This document shows, piece by piece, positions 26,724 to 35,151 of a stretch of 35,602 bases of DNA. The notes below the pieces were generated by a model that saw only the letters and a list, made by a program, of their open reading frames with translations, was not told the DNA's origin and ran no database searches. Origin of the DNA: a virus (taxonomy: Duplodnaviria; Caudoviricetes). Position 1 is the stretch's first letter. Each line of letters starts with the position of its first letter. A program made the translations under genes and the position numbers. The stretch spans positions 1-35,602 of IMG/VR virus record IMGVR_UViG_3300022407_003733. One strand, written 5' to 3'.

Positions 26724-27371
26724 ATGAAACCAAATCCATCCATCAAACCACTCAGCCCGTCCCAAGCGACGGAGCACCCACGTTACTCCGCTGCCGTCAC
26801 CCAAGCGGCGGCCCACTTCCTGTCCACCGTGCCTGAAAAGCTCGACGGGCGGAAGCTCCTTGCCGCCCTCTGCTTCGGGTCGAAGGCGGACATCGCAAAG
26901 GTGGGCATCCGCCTCTGGGACAGCATTCCCGATGCCCGTGATGCCTCCCGCCGTATCGACATCCTCGCCCGCCACATGCTGGCGGTGGAGGAACACAACG
27001 CCACGGAGGCCGCCGCTTGCGACTGCCCCTTGGAGTTTGCCATCAAGGCGTCCGGCCTCTCGATGCCTCCGAAGGAGGTGCTCGACGCCATCCGCGAGAT
27101 AGCTGCCATCAAAGGCAACAGCAAAGTGGAGGTCGCCTTTGACGATGTGCTCCTCGACGACTCGCTCGTGGATGACTCGCTCGTGGATGACTCGCTCGTG
27201 GATGACGACCACGGCCTCCCGATGGAGTGCTTCATCGCGCTCCAGAAAGCCTTGCCCGGAATCCGCGTGGTGCAGGGCAAGGTGGTCTCGTGCCGGAAGA
27301 TTCCGGTGGTCATAGCACAGGAGATTCTCGACCTGACCCTCGCCGAAGCTAAGAGAGTCGGTCTCGTGTGA
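26724..27371 (+). CDS. Hypothetical protein with DDSLV tandem repeat
   Basis: 215 aa, ATG 25 nt after palindrome copy 6. Confidence 0.7.
   Translation: MKPNPSIKPLSPSQATEHPRYSAAVTQAAAHFLSTVPEKLDGRKLLAALCFGSKADIAKVGIRLWDSIPDARDASRRIDILARHMLAVEEHNATEAAACDCPLEFAIKASGLSMPPKEVLDAIREIAAIKGNSKVEVAFDDVLLDDSLVDDSLVDDSLVDDDHGLPMECFIALQKALPGIRVVQGKVVSCRKIPVVIAQEILDLTLAEAKRVGLV
27156..27206 (+). repeat. 15-bp in-frame tandem repeat, 3.4 copies
   Basis: GAYGACTCGCTCGTG x3, encoding DDSLV. Confidence 0.9.
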
Positions 27372-27386
27372 TGCCCTCACACGTTG

Positions 27387-27410
27387 GACCCTTTGCTTCG
27401 CAGTAGTAAT
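27387..27410 (+). promoter_or_regulatory. Early-promoter-like motif B, copy 3
   Basis: GACCCTTTGCTTCGCAGTAGTAAT, directly upstream of the structured intergenic segment. Confidence 0.5.
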
Positions 27411-27560
27411 GGTGACGGCGGTGAATGACCTGCCGCCGTCACCAACCCACCAATTTCCCTCGTGTTGGGAATAGGGTGGGTCGGGGTGTGGATGACCTGT
27501 TATGTCTCCGCGTCCCGACCCTAACACCCTGATTCCCCCACACCCCAAAGCCTTTCGGCT
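27411..27560 (+). ncRNA. Candidate structured non-coding RNA or leader
   Basis: An 11-bp perfect hairpin (27411-27443), a long interrupted stem with G.U pairs (about 27462-27543) and a small AGCC-TTTC-GGCT hairpin, all in a 266-bp intergenic gap. Confidence 0.5.
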
Positions 27561-27637
27561 CGGTGCTTAGAACCTGAGGTTCCAAGCCCTGCCGATACCC
27601 AAAAACAAAAACCCAACACCCAAACGACAACAACAAC

Positions 27638-29230
27638 ATGGCTACCATCCCACAACTCGACCCGTCCAAAGCAACCCGCGATGAAATGCGGACTTGGATT
27701 TCGGCCTCCGCCCGCACCATCGCCACTCACCAGAGCGGCTCGCCCACCATCACCTCGCTCCGTGAGGTGATGAAGTCCGTCGGCTTCGCCTCCCTCTCCG
27801 CCGTCATCGCGGAGGGCACCATGGAATCCCTCCGCACCTGCGTCACCAAGATGCACGATGTGGCCAAGGGGCACGGCCTGCTGGACTCGGCGACCGCCGT
27901 CTCCCACACACCGCCCCCGCCTCCGCCTCCGACGCCGCTGCCTGCTCCGCCGGAGCGCATCACCCTCATCCTCGACGAGGTTGACGGCCTTGACGAGGCT
28001 TCCCGCCTCGCTGACGTGGCTGCCGACCTCGCTCGTCGTGCTGCTGATGCCGCCGCTGCCGCTCGTGCCGCCGCTGCCGCTCCCCGCCCCACTGCTGGTA
28101 TGTCGGCCGCCGATCTCGAACGTCTCGACAAGGTTGAGGTGATGGCTTCCGCAACCCTTGACGCCCTGCGCGGCGAGGCTTCCAAGATCACCGACCTTCA
28201 GGAGAAGTTCGCCCCGCTCACCGCCGTGCTCGATGCCATCAAGGCATCCTCGGGCGGCCCACCCACCCTGCCACCCGCTGCCATCGCCTCCATCAAGGCT
28301 GCGATCTCGGGCGACAGGCTCTTGACGGAGGTGATGCCGTTCTTCACGCCGGGCATCCAGCAGGGCAACCAGATTCCCTGCGTTGCCAGCCCGCCCAGCT
28401 TCGGCAAGACGTTCATGTCGGACGAAATCAGTCGTCTCTACGACGGCAGCTTTTTCCACCCGTTCAAGGACTCCCTTGACGAGGTTGACAGCCTCGTGGG
28501 CACCCTGATGCCCCGCTCGGACGGCACCTTCGCCGTCATCGACGGCCCGCTGGTCAGCGCCGCCCGCCTTGCCAGCACCGGCGTCAACACCCTCTTTGTG
28601 GGGGATGAAATCTTCAACGCCAGTAAGAAGACGCTGGAGTGGATGCAGTCCTTCCTCTCGCCGCGTCTCGTGGAGTTCGTCAACCCTGACGACGGCACCA
28701 CCGGTCTCCGGCGCTGCTTCGTCATCCAGACCAAGCACAGCTTGGAGGACGGCACGTTCGAGGTCATCAAGGCACCAGAGGAGTGCTTGCACTTCCTCTT
28801 CCTCGGCAACCTGCGCACCAACCCACCGGAGGCTCTCATGTCCCGCTGCCGCCTGATGCGCTTCGACTACGACCCAGTGTGGGCTGCTGAGACGGCGCTC
28901 CAACGCCTTGAGGGCTACTCCGGCGGCTTGTTCTCCGGCAAGGACGCTCAGGATTGGGCAAAGCGTTGGGCTCAGGCCATGACCTCCTCCCGCGAGGCTT
29001 ACTCCAAGATGGAGGTCAGCCGCCCGCTGTGCTTCCGCTTCCTCATCGGGGCTGTCACCCACGTTGTCCGCCAGCCGGGTGCCTCACTCAGCATGCTCTC
29101 CGAGTATGTGGCCAAGTGGGCTCCCCATCAGATCGCCGTGCAGAATGCGGCGACCCAAGACACGGACGCTACCTCCTCCGCCCTCGTCAAGAAGATCGTC
29201 GGCTCCTGCTTCCCCGGCTCCGTCAAGTAA
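27638..29230 (+). CDS. AAA+ ATPase, MoxR/CobS/dynein-related type, with a long N-terminal extension
   Basis: Walker A SPPSFGKT, LVG, DGPL, Walker B FVGDEIFN, sensor-1 FLGN and arginine finger EALMSRC. Confidence 0.8.
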   Translation: MATIPQLDPSKATRDEMRTWISASARTIATHQSGSPTITSLREVMKSVGFASLSAVIAEGTMESLRTCVTKMHDVAKGHGLLDSATAVSHTPPPPPPPTPLPAPPERITLILDEVDGLDEASRLADVAADLARRAADAAAAARAAAAAPRPTAGMSAADLERLDKVEVMASATLDALRGEASKITDLQEKFAPLTAVLDAIKASSGGPPTLPPAAIASIKAAISGDRLLTEVMPFFTPGIQQGNQIPCVASPPSFGKTFMSDEISRLYDGSFFHPFKDSLDEVDSLVGTLMPRSDGTFAVIDGPLVSAARLASTGVNTLFVGDEIFNASKKTLEWMQSFLSPRLVEFVNPDDGTTGLRRCFVIQTKHSLEDGTFEVIKAPEECLHFLFLGNLRTNPPEALMSRCRLMRFDYDPVWAAETALQRLEGYSGGLFSGKDAQDWAKRWAQAMTSSREAYSKMEVSRPLCFRFLIGAVTHVVRQPGASLSMLSEYVAKWAPHQIAVQNAATQDTDATSSALVKKIVGSCFPGSVK

Positions 29231-29305
29231 ACCCCCTTCGGGGGAGGGCTTGGAACTTCAGGTTCTAAGCCCTCCTCCCCTCAACCCCTTAATCCCTGCA
29301 ACAGT

Positions 29306-30412
29306 ATGACACCAACACCAACACCACCCACACAGATCACCACCCCTGAGTCCGACCGTGCTTACCGCTTCTCACGACGGCGTGAAACCCGCAAGCCTGA
29401 CGGCACTGTCCGTCAACGTGCTGGCTGCCTCGCCCACCTGTCCGTAAAGACGTCCTCCCCCGTTACCTACATGCTGAACCCCAAGTGCGCAGCGCGGACC
29501 GCCTCATGGCAGTGGAAAGCTGTAGGTGTAGGCTCACGCCACATCATTGAGGTGAACCCCGACTGTGCGACCGTGTTCTTCGCCGAGGATAAAAACAATT
29601 CCAAGCGTCGCATCGAGCTCGTCAAGGCGGTCATCGCTCACGAGACCTGTCACGGGCTCTACACCTCCCGAGCTCCCGATCTCCCTCGCACTTGCCATAG
29701 CGTCAAGGTTCCGTTCCGGTTGCTCAACCTCTTCGAGGACTGCCGCATCGAACACAAGTATGTGAAGGATCGCGGGAAGGAGTTCAAGTTCCGCTGGCGG
29801 GCATTCGATGACAACATGGTCAAGGCTGGTGGAGACATCAGCTCCCCGATGACGTGGATATACACCATGAAGACTCGTGAGCCCATCTTGTTCAAGGCGG
29901 CGTCGTCCGTCATGGCAGGATATAAGTGGACGGGTGAAGACAGTGTGTCCTTGCCCTCTACCTCCTATGCCCACCCGCTCAAGAAGGTAGAGGGGCGGTT
30001 GGTCTACGTCCCCTCCCTCATCAACATCTTTTACAGAGCGATCATTGACGCCGCTACCACTGAGGATGTGGTCCCCATCGCCCGCTACTGGACGGACATC
30101 TTCGGCAGGGAGTCAGCCTCCGACCTCCCTCCCATCATCATTGACACGGTGCCATCAGATATTGGGGGTGTTGACGAACCCGCTGGAGCTGATGAGGGGG
30201 AGTCGTCCGACGCCGATCGAACGACTCGCGAGGTTGACCACCGAGCTCTCGAAGAACTCGGTGGCGGCGACCCCACTGACAAGCGGGCGATGCTGACCCC
30301 CGACAAGGTGATGCACCACAACACCGACAAGTTTGTGAAGCAGCCTCCACGCGCTGGCTTCATCCCCCTCCTCCGCTACTGCGTTGGATTTGAAGGCGAC
30401 ACTTCCGTCTAA
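29306..30412 (+). CDS. HExxH metallopeptidase-like protein (CobT N-terminal-like)
   Basis: IAHETCHGLYT...LLNLFEDCRIE, with an acidic C-terminal linker. It lies between the AAA+ and vWA genes. Confidence 0.75.
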   Translation: MTPTPTPPTQITTPESDRAYRFSRRRETRKPDGTVRQRAGCLAHLSVKTSSPVTYMLNPKCAARTASWQWKAVGVGSRHIIEVNPDCATVFFAEDKNNSKRRIELVKAVIAHETCHGLYTSRAPDLPRTCHSVKVPFRLLNLFEDCRIEHKYVKDRGKEFKFRWRAFDDNMVKAGGDISSPMTWIYTMKTREPILFKAASSVMAGYKWTGEDSVSLPSTSYAHPLKKVEGRLVYVPSLINIFYRAIIDAATTEDVVPIARYWTDIFGRESASDLPPIIIDTVPSDIGGVDEPAGADEGESSDADRTTREVDHRALEELGGGDPTDKRAMLTPDKVMHHNTDKFVKQPPRAGFIPLLRYCVGFEGDTSV

Positions 30413-30433
30413 CACCCCACCCACTACAACGAT

Positions 30434-31177
30434 ATGCCTAAACTCACTCCAATACTCTCTTCCTCATACTGGAAACCCACTCTCGCCCAGCGCGTCACCA
30501 ACGGATTCGCTACCGTCATGGAGCAAGCTGAGCCTGCCTCCGCTGATCCCGCACCCTCCGGCTCACGCCTCAACCACCGCGCCATCTTCACCCACAACTA
30601 CGGCTCCGCATTCCTGCAACCGTCAGCCGTTGACGGGACTCGCCGCATCCTCCTCATCGTGGACTTTAGCGGCTCCATGTCAGGCATGTGGTGCAGCCAA
30701 GGCGGCTCCGAGTTTGTCTGGGGGCTGATGCAGTTTGCCCGACAAGGCGGGTGCCACCTCAAGGTCGTGCTCACTGGGCATGATAAAGGTCCCGCTGAGC
30801 TTCCCGTTGACACCCCCTTCGAGGTGTTTGCCAGCCTAGCCCCCACGTTCGCGCAGGAAGCATTCGCTGCCACCATGCTCCGTCCACTCGTCGGTGAGAT
30901 GATGGAGGAGTCGGACATCACCATCTGCTGGACGGACGGGCAGTTGACTGACGGCTACGTTGACGCCGTCCGCTGGCGTGAGAAGAACATCAACGTCATC
31001 GGTGCTTGCATCGGGAAGGACTCTGATCGAGCCCACCACCCCACCGGAGGCATCGTCCCACTGCGGGAGGCGATGCAAGGATACTTCCACGCTGCCTTCC
31101 TCGACACCGACGCGGCTCGCATCTCGACGCAGATGGCAACATGGATTGCTTCCTGCCCACTGCGTGACCTCCAGTAA
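30434..31177 (+). CDS. von Willebrand factor A (vWA) domain protein
   Basis: MIDAS LLIVDFSGSM and CWTDG, preceded by GSRLNHRA (typical G.l...r lead-in). Confidence 0.85.
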   Translation: MPKLTPILSSSYWKPTLAQRVTNGFATVMEQAEPASADPAPSGSRLNHRAIFTHNYGSAFLQPSAVDGTRRILLIVDFSGSMSGMWCSQGGSEFVWGLMQFARQGGCHLKVVLTGHDKGPAELPVDTPFEVFASLAPTFAQEAFAATMLRPLVGEMMEESDITICWTDGQLTDGYVDAVRWREKNINVIGACIGKDSDRAHHPTGGIVPLREAMQGYFHAAFLDTDAARISTQMATWIASCPLRDLQ

Positions 31178-31269
31178 CAACCCTTCGGAGGGCTTAGAAC
31201 TTCAGGTTCCAAGCCCTCCGCCCCACCCACCCCGTGAAAGTCTTCATCATACCCGCTTCACTCTGCATC

Positions 31270-31563
31270 ATGACCACCAAACAGATACCCCTCGACCGAG
31301 CTAAGGTTACGTTGATCGACAAGAGCAATCCGCTATCCCATATCGCCTGCCTCCTGTGGCAGGACAAGACTCACCACATTGACGACTTCGACCTCAGCCC
31401 ACTGGGTAATGTTGTCGCCGTGCAGGATGACCTGCTCGCCTTCCCGCCTCGCGGATGGGTGACCCTTGATGGTAACTGTCGCCGCCGCACAAGCAGCTAC
31501 GTCAAACTCCTCCCCGCCAGACAGCGCCGTAAACGTGACACCCTGCCAAATGAAATCGCCTGA
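31270..31563 (+). CDS. Hypothetical protein
   Basis: Co-oriented with the block. ATG 31270 is preferred. Confidence 0.5.
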   Translation: MTTKQIPLDRAKVTLIDKSNPLSHIACLLWQDKTHHIDDFDLSPLGNVVAVQDDLLAFPPRGWVTLDGNCRRRTSSYVKLLPARQRRKRDTLPNEIA

Positions 31564-31900
31564 ACAACTCTACTATTGTGAAGACGAGCCCGGCACCAAA
31601 TACCGGATACTCAAACCCGGTGAACGCACTGGTGAGCACGCCCTCTGCTGGCATAAGTCAGCCACCATCAAGGGAGGTTTGCTTCCAGCAAAGATACCTG
31701 CTTCGGCGGACATGGTCGTCCATGAGGATGATGGGAACCACTACTTCACCGTGTCCCATGTTCTCGTCCCACATGAAGCGGCCTCCCGCTTGCTCGACCT
31801 CTGGTTCGGCAAGTATCACACCACCTGCGAAGACGGCGAAGAGGCCGCCGCTTGGCAGCAACTCAAGGAAGTCCTCTACCCCACAACAGAACTCGAATAA
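31550..31900 (+). CDS. Hypothetical protein
   Basis: ATG 31550 overlaps the upstream gene end. Confidence 0.55.
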   Translation: MKSPEQLYYCEDEPGTKYRILKPGERTGEHALCWHKSATIKGGLLPAKIPASADMVVHEDDGNHYFTVSHVLVPHEAASRLLDLWFGKYHTTCEDGEEAAAWQQLKEVLYPTTELE

Positions 31901-31934
31901 TAACCAACAGCTAATCACCCCCACCACAACAACA

Positions 31935-32237
31935 ATGAAACGCATCCTCACCACCCCCGTCATCTCTGAACCCACCATCTTCGCCAAAGACCTTCCGGCG
32001 TGCCCCATCATTGGAGCCGTCAACCGTCAAGGTCTACAGGTAAAGGGCTTCATCCAACGAGTTGATCCCCGTGATGACCACTCCCATCATATCAACTGCT
32101 TCCCCAACATCACCAAAGGCAGTCGATATAACCCCAGCCTGTTCGGCGGCTCCCTCGCCCAAGCCCTCTCCCACCCCGATCTGGACTACTTCCTCTTTGA
32201 CACGGAGAAGGAACTTTTTGAATGGTTGGTCAAATAA
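31935..32237 (+). CDS. Hypothetical protein
   Basis: ATG 31935 after an ACAACAACA leader. Confidence 0.65.
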   Translation: MKRILTTPVISEPTIFAKDLPACPIIGAVNRQGLQVKGFIQRVDPRDDHSHHINCFPNITKGSRYNPSLFGGSLAQALSHPDLDYFLFDTEKELFEWLVK

Positions 32238-32301
32238 CCCATCACACGGGGGGCCGCGCATCCATAACCAACGCGGAACACACCTAACCAAAAACAAAAA
32301 T

Positions 32302-33201
32302 ATGAAAACCAAACTACACGCCTACCACTTCAACTGCGGAGACCTCTCCCAAAGTCAAGCCTACCTCAAGCTGCGTGATGAACGCATGAAGAGCGAGTCC
32401 CGCAGACACGACCGCATCAACTTCGTTCACACCGACACAAGCCCTAGCGGGTGCAGGTTCAGCCACCTGACCGAGCTCTCTTCTGAGGGAGCCACTACCA
32501 CCTACGAGGTTGACCTCGACCTCAAGCACCTGTTCGACGATCAGTGGAACACCAGCGATACTGAGGGGCACACCGGCTACCGAGTCTTCGACTGGGTGGA
32601 ATACTACTCCCCCCACAACAAGAGTAATATCTGGGGTCACTGGCTGGAGGTCACCGATGAAATGGTGGCGGCCCGAGACAACACCAATGTCTGCCGTTAT
32701 TGCGGGGCTCAGTATGGCACCTGTCACGAGGGCCACCTGACCGCACCCCGAGCTAACCCTAAGTTCTGCAAGAAGTGCCTCGGCTCCCCATACCTCAAGG
32801 AGAGTGAGCTCTGGATGTTGCGGCTGACCCCCGTGAGCCAAAAATATAGCCGCCCGCATGACGAGCTGTCGCAGGAAGACCTCGACTGGTTGAAGCCCCG
32901 CTACGTCGAAGCCCAGCTTCGCGGTAATGAGGAGCGCCGTGAGGAGCGGCTGAAGAAGCAGCGTGCTGACTTGGAGAAACAGCAGCAGCTTGACGACATG
33001 AAGTTTGACGGCATGACCCGCCTGCTCGGCGCAGACATCGAGTTGGATAACGTCATCTTCCACGACCACGTCCCTGTGTTCAAGTTCGGCTGGCGCAATG
33101 GGCTATCTCCTTCTGTGGTAGAGGCGATGCAGTTAAAGCTGCGCGAGATTGAGTTCCCCCATCCAACCGAGTTCGTAATCAGCGACGCCGAACGCCTATG
33201 A
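32302..33201 (+). CDS. Hypothetical protein with Zn-finger (CRYCG...FCKKC) and coiled coil
   Basis: ATG 32302 after an A-rich leader, 299 aa. Confidence 0.75.
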   Translation: MKTKLHAYHFNCGDLSQSQAYLKLRDERMKSESRRHDRINFVHTDTSPSGCRFSHLTELSSEGATTTYEVDLDLKHLFDDQWNTSDTEGHTGYRVFDWVEYYSPHNKSNIWGHWLEVTDEMVAARDNTNVCRYCGAQYGTCHEGHLTAPRANPKFCKKCLGSPYLKESELWMLRLTPVSQKYSRPHDELSQEDLDWLKPRYVEAQLRGNEERREERLKKQRADLEKQQQLDDMKFDGMTRLLGADIELDNVIFHDHVPVFKFGWRNGLSPSVVEAMQLKLREIEFPHPTEFVISDAERL

Positions 33202-33359
33202 AACTATACCGCTACCAAGTAAGATGGTCGCCCTACGCAACCGCGGTCCGGGCAAAAAATAAGAAAGAGGCAGACAGGGAAATCCGCCGCCAGTATCCTC
33301 ATGCGACGGGGAATTTCTTCACTATTTTCTAAGCCCTCCCCCTTAACCCAACAACAACT

Positions 33360-33971
33360 ATGACAATGACACCCCTGACCGACGTAACCCGAACGAACAT
33401 GGCCTCCACCCTTCGCCAGTGGGGTATTGAGAACACCCACCGTGAGGTCTTTGACGCCCTCCATGAGGAGGCGGTAGAGGCGGTTGACACTGCCTGCCAA
33501 GCCTATGTCATCGGGTATGACGACCTTGATCCCGACGATCGGGAGTTTCTGATCCTCGCCTACAAGGATGGGTTCTGGGAGCCAACCCATAAGCTGGAGC
33601 GTGACGAGCTCAAAGCTCATGTTGACGGCCTGTCTGCCTGCCTGTCTGACATGATCTTCTCCGCTCCGTCCGCCCCCGACGGGCGCTTCCCTGAGATGTT
33701 TGTGCCGCGAGTCCCCACGCTAAGCACCAGCCACATGACAAGGGAAGATGCTGACAGGCTACACCACCACTACCAACCTTCGGCAATGCTCAGTTCATCT
33801 GACGGAGCCCTCCTGCATATCCACAACTGTTCCGACCCTGAAGCGGAGTATGCTGAGTTCAGTGAGGCGTTCCGCAACATCATCCTACGGCTGGTCGAAG
33901 CTGGTTATAGCTACGTTAGATTTGACAGTTGCCACGAGCCTATTGCATCCTTCCCCACCTTTGACTGGTGA
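33360..33971 (+). CDS. Hypothetical protein with DUF5983-like C-terminal domain
   Basis: LSTSHMT...YVRFD...PIASFPTFDW resembles that mobile-element domain (from memory). Confidence 0.6.
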   Translation: MTMTPLTDVTRTNMASTLRQWGIENTHREVFDALHEEAVEAVDTACQAYVIGYDDLDPDDREFLILAYKDGFWEPTHKLERDELKAHVDGLSACLSDMIFSAPSAPDGRFPEMFVPRVPTLSTSHMTREDADRLHHHYQPSAMLSSSDGALLHIHNCSDPEAEYAEFSEAFRNIILRLVEAGYSYVRFDSCHEPIASFPTFDW

Positions 33972-33998
33972 TAGCCAGCCCACACCCCACACCCCACA

Positions 33999-34202
33999 AT
34001 GAACACCAACAACACCCCCGAAACAAAACACCGTGGCGGAAGCCGGTCAATCCCCGACGACGCTAAACTTGCCAAAGTCACCCACGTTGCCCGCATCTTA
34101 CGCAGTGGATACGGCATGGACATCGCCTGCAAGAGGGCGAAGACAAGCTCCAACACCGTTCGCAAATGGTCGCGGGAACTCGGCGTCAAATTCGACTACT
34201 AA
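33999..34202 (+). CDS. Small HTH-like DNA-binding protein
   Basis: GYGMDIACKRAKTSSNTVRKW fits an HTH pattern, 67 aa. Confidence 0.6.
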   Translation: MNTNNTPETKHRGGSRSIPDDAKLAKVTHVARILRSGYGMDIACKRAKTSSNTVRKWSRELGVKFDY

Positions 34203-34237
34203 ACTTATATGCCTGTCACCGCTAAACTCTGCCCACG

Positions 34238-34771
34238 ATGCAACTTCCGAACAACCCGATAACCCGCCTAAACCCTGAAGTCCTTCCTCGCGATTGGTCA
34301 ACCTTGCCCGGCGCTGGCGGACTCGTTTATCAAGCCGACGTCGCTGTCTCCAAGGCGTCAACTCTCCGCGCGAAGGTGCTCCTGTTCAAAGACCTGCCCC
34401 ACCTTCACGGCTTTTGGAAGACCGCTCTCGACCGCCCCACTCCCCACCCCGATACCCTAGCCTTGTGCAATCCGCTGACAACGACGGTGCGCTTCTGCAA
34501 GGTAAAGGGCAAGCCACAGCGCCCTCCCGAAGTGCGCCTCGACCCGCGCTACTTCTGTGTCCTCGGCTTCGCTCAAGGACATCTGACTCCCGAATACATC
34601 GTCCACGAATCCATCCACGCAGGGTTTGCTTACAGCCGCCGAGTGCGCGGCGGTCATCGCTGGCTTGACGATGATGTTGAGGGGGAGGAGCGCATCTGTT
34701 ACCCAGCCGGACGGGTCGCCGACGCCATCATTAGACGATTTCATAAGGGAGGTTTTTTCCATGCCGCATGA
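34238..34771 (+). CDS. HExxH-motif (zincin-like) protein
   Basis: YIVHESIHAG followed by EERICY. Confidence 0.6.
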   Translation: MQLPNNPITRLNPEVLPRDWSTLPGAGGLVYQADVAVSKASTLRAKVLLFKDLPHLHGFWKTALDRPTPHPDTLALCNPLTTTVRFCKVKGKPQRPPEVRLDPRYFCVLGFAQGHLTPEYIVHESIHAGFAYSRRVRGGHRWLDDDVEGEERICYPAGRVADAIIRRFHKGGFFHAA

Positions 34772-35141
34772 ACCCTACGCTACCGGAGCACGGGTCTTCC
34801 TCGTTGACGGGCCCATCACTCTCGGCGTCATACTTCCTTCCCCCGAAGGCACCGCCGCACAATACAGGGCTGTGAAGTTGGATGGTGAAGAGGAGCCGGT
34901 AATCCTCCACACAAGGCGACTGACCCCCGCAACCCTGACCCCCGGCCGCCGCGTGTTCCGCCACACTGGCGGCCCGCATCGTTTCGGTTTTATTCCCACG
35001 CTCGGCCGCACACCCCCGACATTTTCCAAAGCCCGCATGAACGCGGACGAGGAATCTATTGTGGTCCGGTGGGATAATAACGAACTGGAAGTTGTGGTTA
35101 AAGACCACTTGACGCCAATCATCTACGAGGCTAGCTCGTGA
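34761..35141 (+). CDS. Hypothetical protein, two SH3/KOW-like halves
   Basis: GARV...VKLDG and PGRRV...VRWDN form repeated patterns. ATG 34761. Confidence 0.5.
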   Translation: MPHEPYATGARVFLVDGPITLGVILPSPEGTAAQYRAVKLDGEEEPVILHTRRLTPATLTPGRRVFRHTGGPHRFGFIPTLGRTPPTFSKARMNADEESIVVRWDNNELEVVVKDHLTPIIYEASS

Positions 35142-35151
35142 CCCTCGTCTG

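Larger units (their letters stand above)
24118..31214. repeat. Dispersed 23-bp palindrome family, consensus GCTTRGAAC-N5-GTTCYAAGC, nine copies
   Basis: Copies at 24118, 24157, 24870, 25383 (N4), 25805, 26677, 27565, 29248 and 31192. Half sites near 26053 and 33327. All are at gene boundaries or in intergenic DNA. Confidence 0.95.

Noticed and set aside
27270-27371. Ribosomal L7/L12 C-terminal-like motif (LDLTLAEAK)
   Set aside because: The match is too short to support without a profile search.
27521-29062. Long antisense ORFs (513 aa here, also 2128-3273, 9624-10559, 24199-25005, 26694-27548, 32314-33069)
   Set aside because: They are shadows of GC-rich genes on the opposite strand, with no motifs of their own.
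24118-31214. CRISPR array interpretation of the palindromic repeats, with the Cas4-like nuclease as a cas gene
   Set aside because: The intervals range from 16 bp to about 1.9 kb and contain whole genes. No cas1/cas2 or effector is present, and the Cas4-like domain sits in a standard replication module.
24118-31214. Palindromes as LexA/SOS boxes (GAAC-N4-GTTC) or intrinsic terminators
   Set aside because: Eight of nine copies have an N5 spacer and longer conserved arms, and none has a U-tract. A divergent host regulator cannot be fully excluded.
24118-31214. Classical integron attC sites
   Set aside because: They are much shorter than attC sites and lack the RYYYAAC...GTTRRRY ends. The recombinase also lacks the IntI-specific insertion, so any analogy is functional only.
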